From IMG/VR virus record IMGVR_UViG_3300010218_000006, positions 1-64,000 of that record: a stretch of DNA of 64,000 bases; one strand, written 5' to 3'. Positions 40,966 through 49,033 of the stretch are shown here, piece by piece. This stretch comes from a virus. Each line of letters opens with the position of its first letter. The stretch's first letter is position 1. The translations under genes were made by a program, and so were the position numbers. The notes beneath the pieces were generated by a model. The model was not told where the DNA came from. It saw nothing but the letters and a program-made list of their open reading frames with translations, and did not search any database.

Positions 40966-41841
40966 ATGAACGCAACGAAAGCACAAGCTGCAACGCATAC
41001 CACAGCATCTTTCCAAAAATCTGAAAAGGAACGCGCAGCAATCCTTTCCAATGGCAATATTGCAGAAGCTTCACAGCCTGCCAAAGCAGCATACAAGCCT
41101 GTGACAATGAAAGCAATGATTGATGCCATCTCTGATGCAGGCGCTTGGAGCAAGCAAGCCCTTGAAATTGAGCTTGCAACGGGCTTGGCATTGTTTGTTG
41201 AGAATGACGGAGTGAGCCTTGCCTCGAAGAAGCTGCTGCAAGACATTTACGGCCAAGCAGGTTATAAGGTGGATAGTATTTCTGCCGCTGACTATAAGAC
41301 ATGCAGACGCCGGATCGATGCAAGCTCAGAACTCTATCAGCACATCGGACACGACGAAATCGTTTCTTGGATTGGCCGCGCAAAAGACCGCAATGCCATT
41401 CAGAAGATTGTTACCAATCTGGAACAATACAATCTGACAGGCATTCAGAGCGTGTTTACTCTTGTTGGCAAGAAGCAGGCTGCGAAGGATAAGGCAACAT
41501 CTCAGCCATTAGCAGCCCCTTCGCAGAAGCCTTCAGAGGCCCCACAAGGCGCTGAACAGCCCTCGGCAATAGCAGCACAAGGGGGAGCTGAGAAAACGTC
41601 TCCTGAAGGCTCTCAGCAGTCTTTAAATGACACGGCCAAACTAATAGGAGCTGCTGTTGCGGAAGGACGGGCTGCACGAGGACGTAGAGCAAGTGATGTT
41701 GAAGGAGCTGTGACAATCAAGACAGCACACCTTGCAATTACTGTTGCTCCTGATGTGCCTAAGGAAGAATTGATGGAGATGAGCATGAAGCTACTGGAAT
41801 ACATCAACACAATGCAGGCACAGGAAGCAGCAATACATTGA
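40966..41841 (+). CDS. hypothetical protein with low-complexity Ala/Gln/Pro linker
   Basis: 291-aa ORF with an AAGGAGAATCACATG RBS. Confidence 0.55.
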   Translation: MNATKAQAATHTTASFQKSEKERAAILSNGNIAEASQPAKAAYKPVTMKAMIDAISDAGAWSKQALEIELATGLALFVENDGVSLASKKLLQDIYGQAGYKVDSISAADYKTCRRRIDASSELYQHIGHDEIVSWIGRAKDRNAIQKIVTNLEQYNLTGIQSVFTLVGKKQAAKDKATSQPLAAPSQKPSEAPQGAEQPSAIAAQGGAEKTSPEGSQQSLNDTAKLIGAAVAEGRAARGRRASDVEGAVTIKTAHLAITVAPDVPKEELMEMSMKLLEYINTMQAQEAAIH

Positions 41842-41883
41842 AGCTCAATGTATTGAGGAATTTTCTAAATATTGAGAATTCTC

Positions 41884-41912
41884 TTGACAAGCCCTAATCA
41901 TAGAGATATGAT
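41884..41912 (+). promoter_or_regulatory. promoter TTGACA-N17-TATGAT
   Basis: TTGACAAGCCCTAATCATAGAGATATGAT. Confidence 0.6.
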
Positions 41913-41919
41913 TAGGGCT
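41890..41919. repeat. perfect 12-bp inverted repeat overlapping promoter spacer, -10 element and start site (operator candidate)
   Basis: AGCCCTAATCAT-AGAGAT-ATGATTAGGGCT. Confidence 0.85.
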
Positions 41920-41940
41920 AATTCATTTGAGGAGAAGACC

Positions 41941-42201
41941 GTGAGTTATCAAACAGACGAATACGCAGTGACAGTTAAAGTGGTTGACAAAGGATACTTT
42001 AAGAGTGTGGTTGGTTGTGTAGGAGGGCGAGAGTATATATCATTCTCAAATCAAGTATCTAATAAGTGGGGAGTCTCTGGTAGTACATGCTTATCTACGC
42101 AGGATTATAAACTCGCTACGGCCACTATTGAGTGCTACGCAAAGAGTCTTGAAATGGTGGAGCATATTAAAGCAGCAACTTGTAGTCATTGTGGAAAATA
42201 A
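41941..42201 (+). CDS. hypothetical protein
   Basis: GTG start with a GAGGAG RBS, downstream of the promoter. 86 aa. Confidence 0.5.
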   Translation: MSYQTDEYAVTVKVVDKGYFKSVVGCVGGREYISFSNQVSNKWGVSGSTCLSTQDYKLATATIECYAKSLEMVEHIKAATCSHCGK

Positions 42202-42327
42202 ATGACACCAGCACTGTACATTCTTAGCTTCGTAGACGACTTCGGCAATCAGATTATTTCTTGCGACATGGAGTATGATTGCTACACGCAGCGTTATAAT
42301 TGGTTTTGTGAGGGGGCGCATGTCTAA
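42202..42327 (+). CDS. hypothetical 41-aa protein (below ORF-track cutoff)
   Basis: Fills the gap and overlaps the next start. Confidence 0.35.
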   Translation: MTPALYILSFVDDFGNQIISCDMEYDCYTQRYNWFCEGAHV

Positions 42328-42526
42328 AATTAAAATTTCTGGAAATAAGATAGAGTTGGATGGGCAAAGGTCTGTTTCTATGGGGGAGCACGGCGGACAC
42401 TACTACATCAATTACGTTAATAACGGAACCAGCACACAGATAAAACTTACACCAGAAGCTCTTTGGGCTACACTGGTACTGGGAGAAGAATCTTTACGGG
42501 AGGATAAGCCTAATGTTAACAATTGA
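42320..42526 (+). CDS. hypothetical protein
   Basis: Start at Met16. 68 aa. Confidence 0.45.
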   Translation: MSKIKISGNKIELDGQRSVSMGEHGGHYYINYVNNGTSTQIKLTPEALWATLVLGEESLREDKPNVNN

Positions 42527-42683
42527 TCCTGTTCTGCTAGACCTCACAGATGTTCCTGCCGAATTATTGTTTGCTCTTTCTGCAAAAGCAGATTATAATA
42601 TGACATATGAGGCGGGAGGTGAAAGTGACTACCCGCATTGGGCTGATGATGTTATCAGGAAATATAAAGAGAAGGAGGAATGA
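42513..42683 (+). CDS. hypothetical 56-aa acidic protein (below ORF-track cutoff)
   Basis: ATG at 42513. Its stop lies 1 nt before the next ATG. Confidence 0.4.
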   Translation: MLTIDPVLLDLTDVPAELLFALSAKADYNMTYEAGGESDYPHWADDVIRKYKEKEE

Positions 42684-42684
42684 A

Positions 42685-43464
42685 ATGACTTTTACGGGCG
42701 AAACCTATCATGGCAGTTCACGAGAGGTGTTTGAGGCAGTCCACTTAGGAGGAAATAAACAAGCAGCGCGCAGAAATGAGCACGGAGATTATGTTTTACC
42801 GTCTGTTCAGGATGCTTATGCAGGGTGGAGTTCGTGCATGGATCACTTCTTCGCCAACCAAGCAGCACAAAGCGCACAAGTGCCGGAAAAGCAGTTGCTT
42901 GGTTGGGCTATTAAGACTACCTCACACCAAGCGCGGCCCTCACCATCTGGCGCAGGGGATGAACTGCCGCCACTGCCCATCTCTACCCACTGCCCGCCTT
43001 ACCCCGGATCAGACGACGCTGCATTTACTGCCGACCAAATGCGTGAGTATGCCCGTCTCGCACTCTCCCGCGCCAAGCAAGCAGCACAGTCGTCGCCAGC
43101 GGTGAGCGATGAAAACGGAAATCTTCCCTGCCCGTTCTGCGGAGGCGTATGTGATCCGAACGGATGGTACGGGGAGAATACCGACGGAACGGAAAAGCAC
43201 GGCCCTGAATGCGAAACATGCGGTGCATGCGCGGAAACTATTGCGCAATGGAATACTCGCACCCTTCTCTCTCAGCCAGCAGAACAAGTGCCAGTGGAGG
43301 CTATTGGACGATTGCTTGAGGCTGCAATGAATGACGCTATTAAGAATGGCGCAAACAGCATTTCGATGCCGGACGAGTACGTTGAAATTGCCGTATGGCT
43401 TGCCGCTATAGCCCCGCAACCAAATTATTTTTCTTCGAAAAATGCTCAAGGAGGCGACAAGTGA
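42685..43464 (+). CDS. protein with Lar-family restriction-alleviation-type zinc ribbon
   Basis: LPCPFCGGVCDP...GPECETCGACAETIAQWNTR matches the Lar-type CPFCG...C..CG...WN.R pattern. Start at Met27 with a GAAGGAGG RBS. Confidence 0.5.
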   Translation: MTFTGETYHGSSREVFEAVHLGGNKQAARRNEHGDYVLPSVQDAYAGWSSCMDHFFANQAAQSAQVPEKQLLGWAIKTTSHQARPSPSGAGDELPPLPISTHCPPYPGSDDAAFTADQMREYARLALSRAKQAAQSSPAVSDENGNLPCPFCGGVCDPNGWYGENTDGTEKHGPECETCGACAETIAQWNTRTLLSQPAEQVPVEAIGRLLEAAMNDAIKNGANSISMPDEYVEIAVWLAAIAPQPNYFSSKNAQGGDK

Positions 43465-43811
43465 TAAAGCCTGTCATGAGTATGTTTGCAACGCGGCTTG
43501 AATGCTTGGAGGCGCGGGACAAGTACCACATTGACCGCATCGCTGAACTTGAGGCTGCTCTTGAGCAGGCGAAAGAAGCCAAAGGCAATCTGGAACGGCA
43601 GAACGCGGAGCTGCGGAATACAGCGCAAACAGCCATAAAAGCCGCTTACTACGAAGGTTTCTTCGCTATGGAAACCTACAACGATACACAGCTAAATGAT
43701 GTGGGCGAAGCATTCAATAAATCCGATGCAGCGAAAGCTATTGGCGACATCGCAGCCGATCAGAAAGGCAAAGCATCTATTGCGCAAGCTGGGAAGGAGC
43801 AAGGGAAATGA
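43461..43811 (+). CDS. coiled-coil protein
   Basis: GTG start after an AAGGAGG RBS, with a GTGA overlap to the upstream stop. Confidence 0.45.
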   Translation: MIKPVMSMFATRLECLEARDKYHIDRIAELEAALEQAKEAKGNLERQNAELRNTAQTAIKAAYYEGFFAMETYNDTQLNDVGEAFNKSDAAKAIGDIAADQKGKASIAQAGKEQGK

Positions 43812-43975
43812 AATACCAACTGTCCAACATGATCCTAGCATTCCTGTCGGGATGCCTTCTTGTGCTTACTGTCGTTCTCTGGCTGCTTGGGCACGATCCC
43901 ATCCCGTACTGCTCGATGACTTTCATAGCGTTCATTCTTGGGTTTTGGGAGCATCAAGATACTGAGGACAAATAA
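43808..43975 (+). CDS. 55-aa two-helix membrane protein (holin-like; below ORF-track cutoff)
   Basis: MKYQLSNMILAFLSGCLLVLTVVLWLLG...MTFIAFILGFW, with ATGA and TAATG coupling. Confidence 0.4.
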   Translation: MKYQLSNMILAFLSGCLLVLTVVLWLLGHDPIPYCSMTFIAFILGFWEHQDTEDK

Positions 43976-44166
43976 TGTACGCCTGTTACAACAAACCTCC
44001 TGCGAAAGACTTCCTCACAGTGTTTGATGGCTATGAGGACGAGAGTCGTTCAAAAGTGAAGACGAAAGAGATTCCTAATAGAATGACGAGAGATTGTCAA
44101 TACAGCAAAGATACTGTAGATGTTGGATGTGCAGGGTGTATTCATAATATGGGAGAGAGCGTATGA
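43975..44166 (+). CDS. hypothetical protein
   Basis: 63-aa ORF. Confidence 0.45.
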   Translation: MYACYNKPPAKDFLTVFDGYEDESRSKVKTKEIPNRMTRDCQYSKDTVDVGCAGCIHNMGESV

Positions 44167-44345
44167 ACTTAGAAGAATTTATATGTTTCAGAGACGCTTA
44201 TGTAGCACTTCTTAGGCTTCCTTATGGAACATTTAGAGCAGAGAATCAATATCTGCTGATTAGTCTACGAGATACGATAGCAAATGCATTTGGCGTGAGT
44301 GGAGAAGAAGTACAAAGCTACTATGAGGAACGGGAGAATGACTAA
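44163..44345 (+). CDS. hypothetical protein
   Basis: 60-aa ORF with an ATGA overlap. Confidence 0.45.
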   Translation: MNLEEFICFRDAYVALLRLPYGTFRAENQYLLISLRDTIANAFGVSGEEVQSYYEEREND

Positions 44346-44502
44346 ATCGGAACAACTTGCTTATGAGTTAGGAGTTGAGCTTGCTGTAACAATATGCTCA
44401 GAGCTTTGGAATGAAGGACGCTCTGTACAAGACGTTACACAACACATTAAGGAAACTTGTCTCTGCGAGGCTGAGGAAACTTTGGAGGCTTCCCGATGTT
44501 AA
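44338..44502 (+). CDS. hypothetical 54-aa protein
   Basis: Start at Met14 of ORF 44299..44502. Confidence 0.4.
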   Translation: MTKSEQLAYELGVELAVTICSELWNEGRSVQDVTQHIKETCLCEAEETLEASRC

Positions 44503-44915
44503 AATCTCTCTTCACAATAGCCCTAGCCATTCTCCCCATTAAATCCTGCTTGGCACATTCTGAGCAGGCTTGCCTTGCGTCTGCTGTATATTATGAGGCA
44601 AGGGGTGAGTCTGTCGTAGGGCAGCGAGCCGTAATGGACACTATCCTTAATCGTGTGAAGCATTCTGGCAGAAGCATTTGTGGCGTTGTGCTGCGTAAGG
44701 GTCAGTTTGAGTGGACTAGTACAAAGCCTATATTGCCATTCAATCAGGAGATGAAAAATCTCTTGCAAAGGGCTAGAGCTTCTGGTAGAGTGCTGCTGTC
44801 AGATACATATTTGTTCTTCTTTCACAAGAGGCTTAATCCTTCTTGGGCGAAGAAATTGAAATGTGTTGTCATTGAGAATGTTAAATTTTGTAGGGAGGAG
44901 CCTAAAAGTGAATGA
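44496..44915 (+). CDS. SleB/CwlJ-type cell wall hydrolase with signal peptide (endolysin candidate)
   Basis: Signal-like MLKSLFTIALAILPIKSCLA, then AVYYEARGESVVGQRAVMDTILNRV...GQFEW. Confidence 0.6.
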   Translation: MLKSLFTIALAILPIKSCLAHSEQACLASAVYYEARGESVVGQRAVMDTILNRVKHSGRSICGVVLRKGQFEWTSTKPILPFNQEMKNLLQRARASGRVLLSDTYLFFFHKRLNPSWAKKLKCVVIENVKFCREEPKSE

Positions 44916-45324
44916 GCCTAAATTTAAAGTGGGACAGAAAGTAAAAGTTGTTAAAGGTGGTTGGGGTATTCATCCCTCAGATATTGGACAAGTAGTCGTA
45001 ATTGCTTCTCAGCCACGTAAATGTACAGATGCATGTTCTTGGGAATATACTGTATTAGGTAAATTGCCTAATACAGATGGTTGCTATAATGATTATAAAG
45101 TGGGTGAAGGAAATAGGGGCGTTTGTGAGGAAAGCTTTGAAGCAATTGAAGAGATTCCTCAAGAGAATGCCGAAGCCGATATCCAATTCAACATTACTCG
45201 TGACGAAGATGGCTACATTGACATGACAATTTTTGGAAATCTATCTACATACCAAATCAAGGTTCTCATGGATGTTGCTCTTGGTCCTAAAGAGGAAGAT
45301 AAGATAAAAATTGTTTGGCGATAA
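44908..45324 (+). CDS. hypothetical protein
   Basis: GTG start after a GGGAGGAG RBS. 138 aa. Confidence 0.5.
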   Translation: MNEPKFKVGQKVKVVKGGWGIHPSDIGQVVVIASQPRKCTDACSWEYTVLGKLPNTDGCYNDYKVGEGNRGVCEESFEAIEEIPQENAEADIQFNITRDEDGYIDMTIFGNLSTYQIKVLMDVALGPKEEDKIKIVWR

Positions 45325-45340
45325 ATCTCAATATTGAGAA
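45325..45340. repeat. degenerate TTCTCA-N4-TGAGAA motif copy
   Basis: ATCTCAATATTGAGAA, immediately after the stop at 45322-45324. Confidence 0.7.
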
Positions 45341-45451
45341 ATCATCTCAGTGAGCAAAAAGATTAAGTGGCACGAAATGGCATTCCCGCCTATTAATTTG
45401 TGGAATTCATTTTTAATGCGTGTTCATGTTACGGAAAATAAGGAGAAGATT

Positions 45452-45790
45452 ATGGGAGTAAGTTACAGGCCAGTATTGGCAATCGGTGCAGAGTTTGAAG
45501 ATGCAAGTGAGTGTGTAGATTTGCTTAGGCATCTTCTAAGCGCAGATGATCTACTCACCATCGGAGATGAGGGAGATAGCTTTATTTCTGAATTAACTAT
45601 CAACATGATGTACCGGCCTGCTGTAAAGTGCTTGAATTTGTACAGCGGGTATGGCTGGTATGTCGGCTTTGATCTAAGTGTTCGGGATGTAGAGAAATTT
45701 AGTGAGAATGTTGCAGACGCTATTCAGAAATGGAATGAGATGTTTCCTGATGTGCCTGCACAGATTATTCACACTGTTAGGGTTTCTTGA
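45452..45790 (+). CDS. hypothetical protein
   Basis: Start at Met35 with an AAGGAGAAG RBS. Confidence 0.5.
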   Translation: MGVSYRPVLAIGAEFEDASECVDLLRHLLSADDLLTIGDEGDSFISELTINMMYRPAVKCLNLYSGYGWYVGFDLSVRDVEKFSENVADAIQKWNEMFPDVPAQIIHTVRVS

Positions 45791-45800
45791 GGAGAAGAAT

Positions 45801-45956
45801 ATGAACGAAGAAATGGTTACGATTAGTAAGAGCGAGTACGAAAGTTTGCTAGAGGATTCTCTATGGCTGTCTGCACTAGAGGCTGCAGGCGTTGACAATT
45901 GGCAAGGATATGATTCTGCCAGAGAGATTTACGAAGAAATGCAGGAAGAAGAATGA
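45801..45956 (+). CDS. hypothetical acidic 51-aa protein
   Basis: Start at Met34 with a GAGGAGAAG RBS. Confidence 0.45.
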   Translation: MNEEMVTISKSEYESLLEDSLWLSALEAAGVDNWQGYDSAREIYEEMQEEE

Positions 45957-46156
45957 ACCAATTGATTCCAGCATCTATTTTAGACAAGGGCATAGCGTCA
46001 GAATACGAGTTAGCCTTTGCTATGCGTCTTGGCGAGAAGCACGTCGAAGTTTCTTCTGATGAAGACATTACATGCGAAATCGTTTGCTATTTCTGGCAAG
46101 GGAAGATGTATATTACAGATGTTAAATATAAGGGGCAACAAAATGCGAATGACTAA
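45953..46156 (+). CDS. hypothetical protein
   Basis: 67-aa ORF with an ATGA overlap. Confidence 0.5.
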   Translation: MNQLIPASILDKGIASEYELAFAMRLGEKHVEVSSDEDITCEIVCYFWQGKMYITDVKYKGQQNAND

Positions 46157-46259
46157 AATTAAAGACACAAACGATTTGGGCGTATTCAAGGATATTGTAA
46201 CGCTGCAAATTGCACCGCAAGACGGTGCTGTTGAGTATGCTGAAGGGACGAAGATTTGA
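46143..46259 (+). CDS. hypothetical 38-aa protein
   Basis: Internal Met43 of ORF 46017..46259. Weak support. Confidence 0.3.
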   Translation: MRMTKIKDTNDLGVFKDIVTLQIAPQDGAVEYAEGTKI

Positions 46260-46492
46260 TGGTAATATACAACAAACTAACTATTGAAAATTTGGAAGCA
46301 ATTCGTAACAGGGCCAAGACCAAGGAGAATGGCGTCTATAGGTTTCGAGGAATTCACTACCGTGTTCGAAAGAACGCTGTGACACACTACGCATGTGGTG
46401 GAGAGGTACTAGAGAATTACGGTAACTTCCATGTATGCGTCGGAACATACGACACGAGAGAAGATGCAGTACAAATGTTGAAAGGTATTTGA
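46256..46492 (+). CDS. hypothetical protein
   Basis: 78-aa ORF. Confidence 0.5.
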   Translation: MMVIYNKLTIENLEAIRNRAKTKENGVYRFRGIHYRVRKNAVTHYACGGEVLENYGNFHVCVGTYDTREDAVQMLKGI

Positions 46493-46785
46493 TGATTACA
46501 TCATTTTACGACGAATGGCGAAAGAAAGCCCAAGAATACAAGCCTGCCAAAGAAATTGCACAGAATGTACTGTGGCTGAAGCAAATGGGCATCATGTCAG
46601 AGCACTTCAAGAAGATTGATGTTGGCAACAAAATTATTACAGAAGCCTTTCTCAACCACATGATGCAGCTTGCTTACGATATGGGCTGTAAAGCCATTGA
46701 AGAGCGTTCTTATGAAGCGGGGCGTGAGAGTATGTGGAAGGAAGTGCTGGAGAAGTTGGGTGTGGATTATGAGAGGGGTTATTGA
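46492..46785 (+). CDS. hypothetical protein
   Basis: Start at Met20 with a TGATG overlap. Confidence 0.5.
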   Translation: MITSFYDEWRKKAQEYKPAKEIAQNVLWLKQMGIMSEHFKKIDVGNKIITEAFLNHMMQLAYDMGCKAIEERSYEAGRESMWKEVLEKLGVDYERGY

Positions 46786-47432
46786 TGTTTGATGCAAAAC
46801 TTATCGCAGTAACGCAGCCAGTAGTAGATGGCATCGAAGATGTAAAAGAACTTATTGCCTATTGTGCAAGAGTGAGTAACCCTGCCAATCAACACAATAT
46901 GGACACAGCAGAAAAGCTTCTTGCTTACTTGAAGAAGTACAAGCATTGGAGTCCTTTCGAGATGGCGAATGCTGTAGTGGAAGTGAATTGCCCTCGTGAC
47001 ATTGCTCGCCAATTGCTGCGCCATCGCAGCTTCAGCTTTCAAGAATTCAGTCAGCGTTACGCAGATGTATCGCAGCTTGAAAGCGCATTCTGCATTCGTG
47101 ACCTTCGTATGCAAGATACAAAGAATCGCCAAAACAGTATTGACACAGATGATGAGATTCTTAAGCGTTTGTGGGCAGATATGCAAAATGAAGTGCTTAG
47201 TCTTGTGAAGGAACGCTATAGTCAAGCTTTGGAGTTTGGTATTGCAAAAGAAGTTGCTCGTGTTATACTTCCCGAAGGGTTGACGATGAGTCGTCTATAT
47301 GTCAATGGAACACTTCGTTCATGGATGCATTACTTAGACGTTCGTATGGAACGGGGAGTAACGCAAGAGGAACATGTAGTGCTGTCTACATTGATTGCAG
47401 AGCAAGTTAATAAAGCATTTCCGATTGTCTGA
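46782..47432 (+). CDS. thyX: FAD-dependent thymidylate synthase ThyX
   Basis: ThyX signature RHRSFSFQEFSQRY (RHRxxSxxxxSxRY), and a size of 216 aa. Confidence 0.9.
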   Translation: MMFDAKLIAVTQPVVDGIEDVKELIAYCARVSNPANQHNMDTAEKLLAYLKKYKHWSPFEMANAVVEVNCPRDIARQLLRHRSFSFQEFSQRYADVSQLESAFCIRDLRMQDTKNRQNSIDTDDEILKRLWADMQNEVLSLVKERYSQALEFGIAKEVARVILPEGLTMSRLYVNGTLRSWMHYLDVRMERGVTQEEHVVLSTLIAEQVNKAFPIV

Positions 47433-47457
47433 TGGCGAGAATTACACTGGAAATCAA

Positions 47458-47667
47458 ATGACATTACCACACTTCGTAGGCACCATTATGCTTGTCTTCC
47501 TCGTGCTGTCCTTGGCAGGAACATTCTTAGCTATTTATAAGCCTGTCTTGGCACAAGCAATCAAATTTTGGTCTAGTGTAGCTTCTTGTATAGTCGCCCT
47601 CGTAGCCTACATTGCCCTGTGCATTTGGCTTATCGTACATTGGCATGAAACAATAAAGGCTCTATAA
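47458..47667 (+). CDS. membrane protein (69 aa)
   Basis: Two hydrophobic helices. Start at Met22. Confidence 0.45.
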   Translation: MTLPHFVGTIMLVFLVLSLAGTFLAIYKPVLAQAIKFWSSVASCIVALVAYIALCIWLIVHWHETIKAL

Positions 47668-47684
47668 TGGGCCTTTCTTTATTT
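47655..47684 (+). terminator. terminator-like hairpin
   Basis: AAAGGC-N10-GCCTTT followed by CTTTATTT. Confidence 0.4.
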
Positions 47685-47694
47685 GGAGCAGGGA

Positions 47695-48021
47695 ATGAAA
47701 GTGAAGATTGTTAAGGCAAGGCTAAAAACGTTTTGGTACGCTGATCGTATTGGCGAGGTGTTTGATGCGGAGAACGCAAGTAGTATAGATTGGAAACTGG
47801 TTGAAGACCCTAGCAGTTATGTTGAGAAAGAAGATTGTGAAATAATTCCTTCACAGTTCCGCATCATGCGTCAGAAGGCTCCCGGAAAGAAATACAAGAC
47901 ACGAGGAACAATCCTGCACGGCATTGACGAAGCCAAGAATCTTCTGAGGCAGTTGCGAGAGAATTTTCCTCAATACAAATACATTCTTGTTGAAGTGGTG
48001 GAAGGAGATATGGATGTGTAA
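47695..48021 (+). CDS. hypothetical protein
   Basis: GGAGCAGGGAATG RBS. 108 aa. Confidence 0.5.
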   Translation: MKVKIVKARLKTFWYADRIGEVFDAENASSIDWKLVEDPSSYVEKEDCEIIPSQFRIMRQKAPGKKYKTRGTILHGIDEAKNLLRQLRENFPQYKYILVEVVEGDMDV

Positions 48022-48247
48022 TTATTCTGTGGGGAGTGTTCAATCAAGGCTGCAGAGCCGTATTTCTATTCGGTCTTCTGTTATAACAGAGTTGCTAGAG
48101 GATATTAAGTCACTTAAGGGAGGTGAACGCGCTCCGCTTGTTGGCAGCTATCTTGTAGGGCTTAAAGCTACTCTGCGGAGGGTTGAAGCAGATCAGAAAT
48201 TGGATAAACAACTCATGTCTCTTGCGTATTGGGGAGTGTCATGGTAG
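48014..48247 (+). CDS. hypothetical protein
   Basis: Start at Met10. Coupled. Confidence 0.45.
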   Translation: MCNYSVGSVQSRLQSRISIRSSVITELLEDIKSLKGGERAPLVGSYLVGLKATLRRVEADQKLDKQLMSLAYWGVSW

Positions 48248-48447
48248 TTACACGCTACGATCCGATTACTGTAGAAGATTCTTACGGAAGTTTCGCAACT
48301 ATGGGAGAAACATCTTCAGGAGATTATGTAGAATATGGTGCGTATAGAAACCTTATATACACATTGAAGGTTGTACTAGATTGCGGAGTTCCCGCAGAGT
48401 TTAGAAGTTTAAAGTGCATGATTGATAACATATTCAAGGAGCTTTGA
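48241..48447 (+). CDS. hypothetical protein
   Basis: Start at Met5 with a GGGGAGTG RBS. Confidence 0.45.
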   Translation: MVVTRYDPITVEDSYGSFATMGETSSGDYVEYGAYRNLIYTLKVVLDCGVPAEFRSLKCMIDNIFKEL

Positions 48448-48448
48448 T

Positions 48449-48643
48449 ATGGATTCTGTAAACCGTTATGATCCAGTAATTATTTCTGTAGGAGACGATC
48501 TTAGCCCTGTAATGGAAGAATCCTACACAGGAGATTACGTAAAATACGAAGATTGGGAGGAGTTGGCCGATAAGCTCTTGGATTTACGATGTGAATTAGA
48601 GACTCTCAAAAGCAAAATTACAGACCTTTGGAGGGAGATTTAA
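48449..48643 (+). CDS. hypothetical protein
   Basis: Start at Met10 with an AAGGAG RBS. The N-terminus VNRYDPVII resembles the previous gene's TRYDPITV, so the two may be paralogues. Confidence 0.45.
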   Translation: MDSVNRYDPVIISVGDDLSPVMEESYTGDYVKYEDWEELADKLLDLRCELETLKSKITDLWREI

Positions 48644-48644
48644 C

Positions 48645-48860
48645 ATGGGATGGTCAAGAGGTAGTGAGATTATGGAGAAGATTATTCCCATTATTGAGAA
48701 TGTCTATATCGGGGCTATAGGCGAGACTGAGGCTTTCAAACAGTTGATTGCCCTCTTCGAGAGGCATGATTGTGATACGCTAGACGATTGCGATGGACTT
48801 AGTACAGCATTTGACGAGGCTTTGAGAGAAGCCCACCCTGAATGGGACGAGGAGGAATGA
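48645..48860 (+). CDS. hypothetical acidic protein
   Basis: 71-aa ORF. Confidence 0.5.
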   Translation: MGWSRGSEIMEKIIPIIENVYIGAIGETEAFKQLIALFERHDCDTLDDCDGLSTAFDEALREAHPEWDEEE

Positions 48861-49033
48861 TGAAAATTCTTAAAATCATCTTTGGTTTCCTTCTTGCAAT
48901 GTCTTCGTTGTGGGTTGGAGCTTGGCATTTGGGGCAGGTGGAGTATAACCATTGGAGTGCGTTTCCTGCGGTTATGACTACGGCGATTTTTATAATGATT
49001 GGTGGAGCTTTGGTGGCTGGTGGGGTTGTGTAG
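48857..49033 (+). CDS. membrane protein (58 aa)
   Basis: GAGGAGGAATG RBS and two hydrophobic helices. Confidence 0.45.
   Translation: MMKILKIIFGFLLAMSSLWVGAWHLGQVEYNHWSAFPAVMTTAIFIMIGGALVAGGVV

Noticed and set aside
40934-43636. Numerous overlapping ORFs on both strands (e.g. 40934..41383, 40962..41246, 41456..41716, 42776..43105, 42999..43262, 43009..43449, 43406..43636)
   Set aside because: They are attributed to locally elevated GC that suppresses stop codons. Only the plus-strand set with RBSs and coupling was retained.
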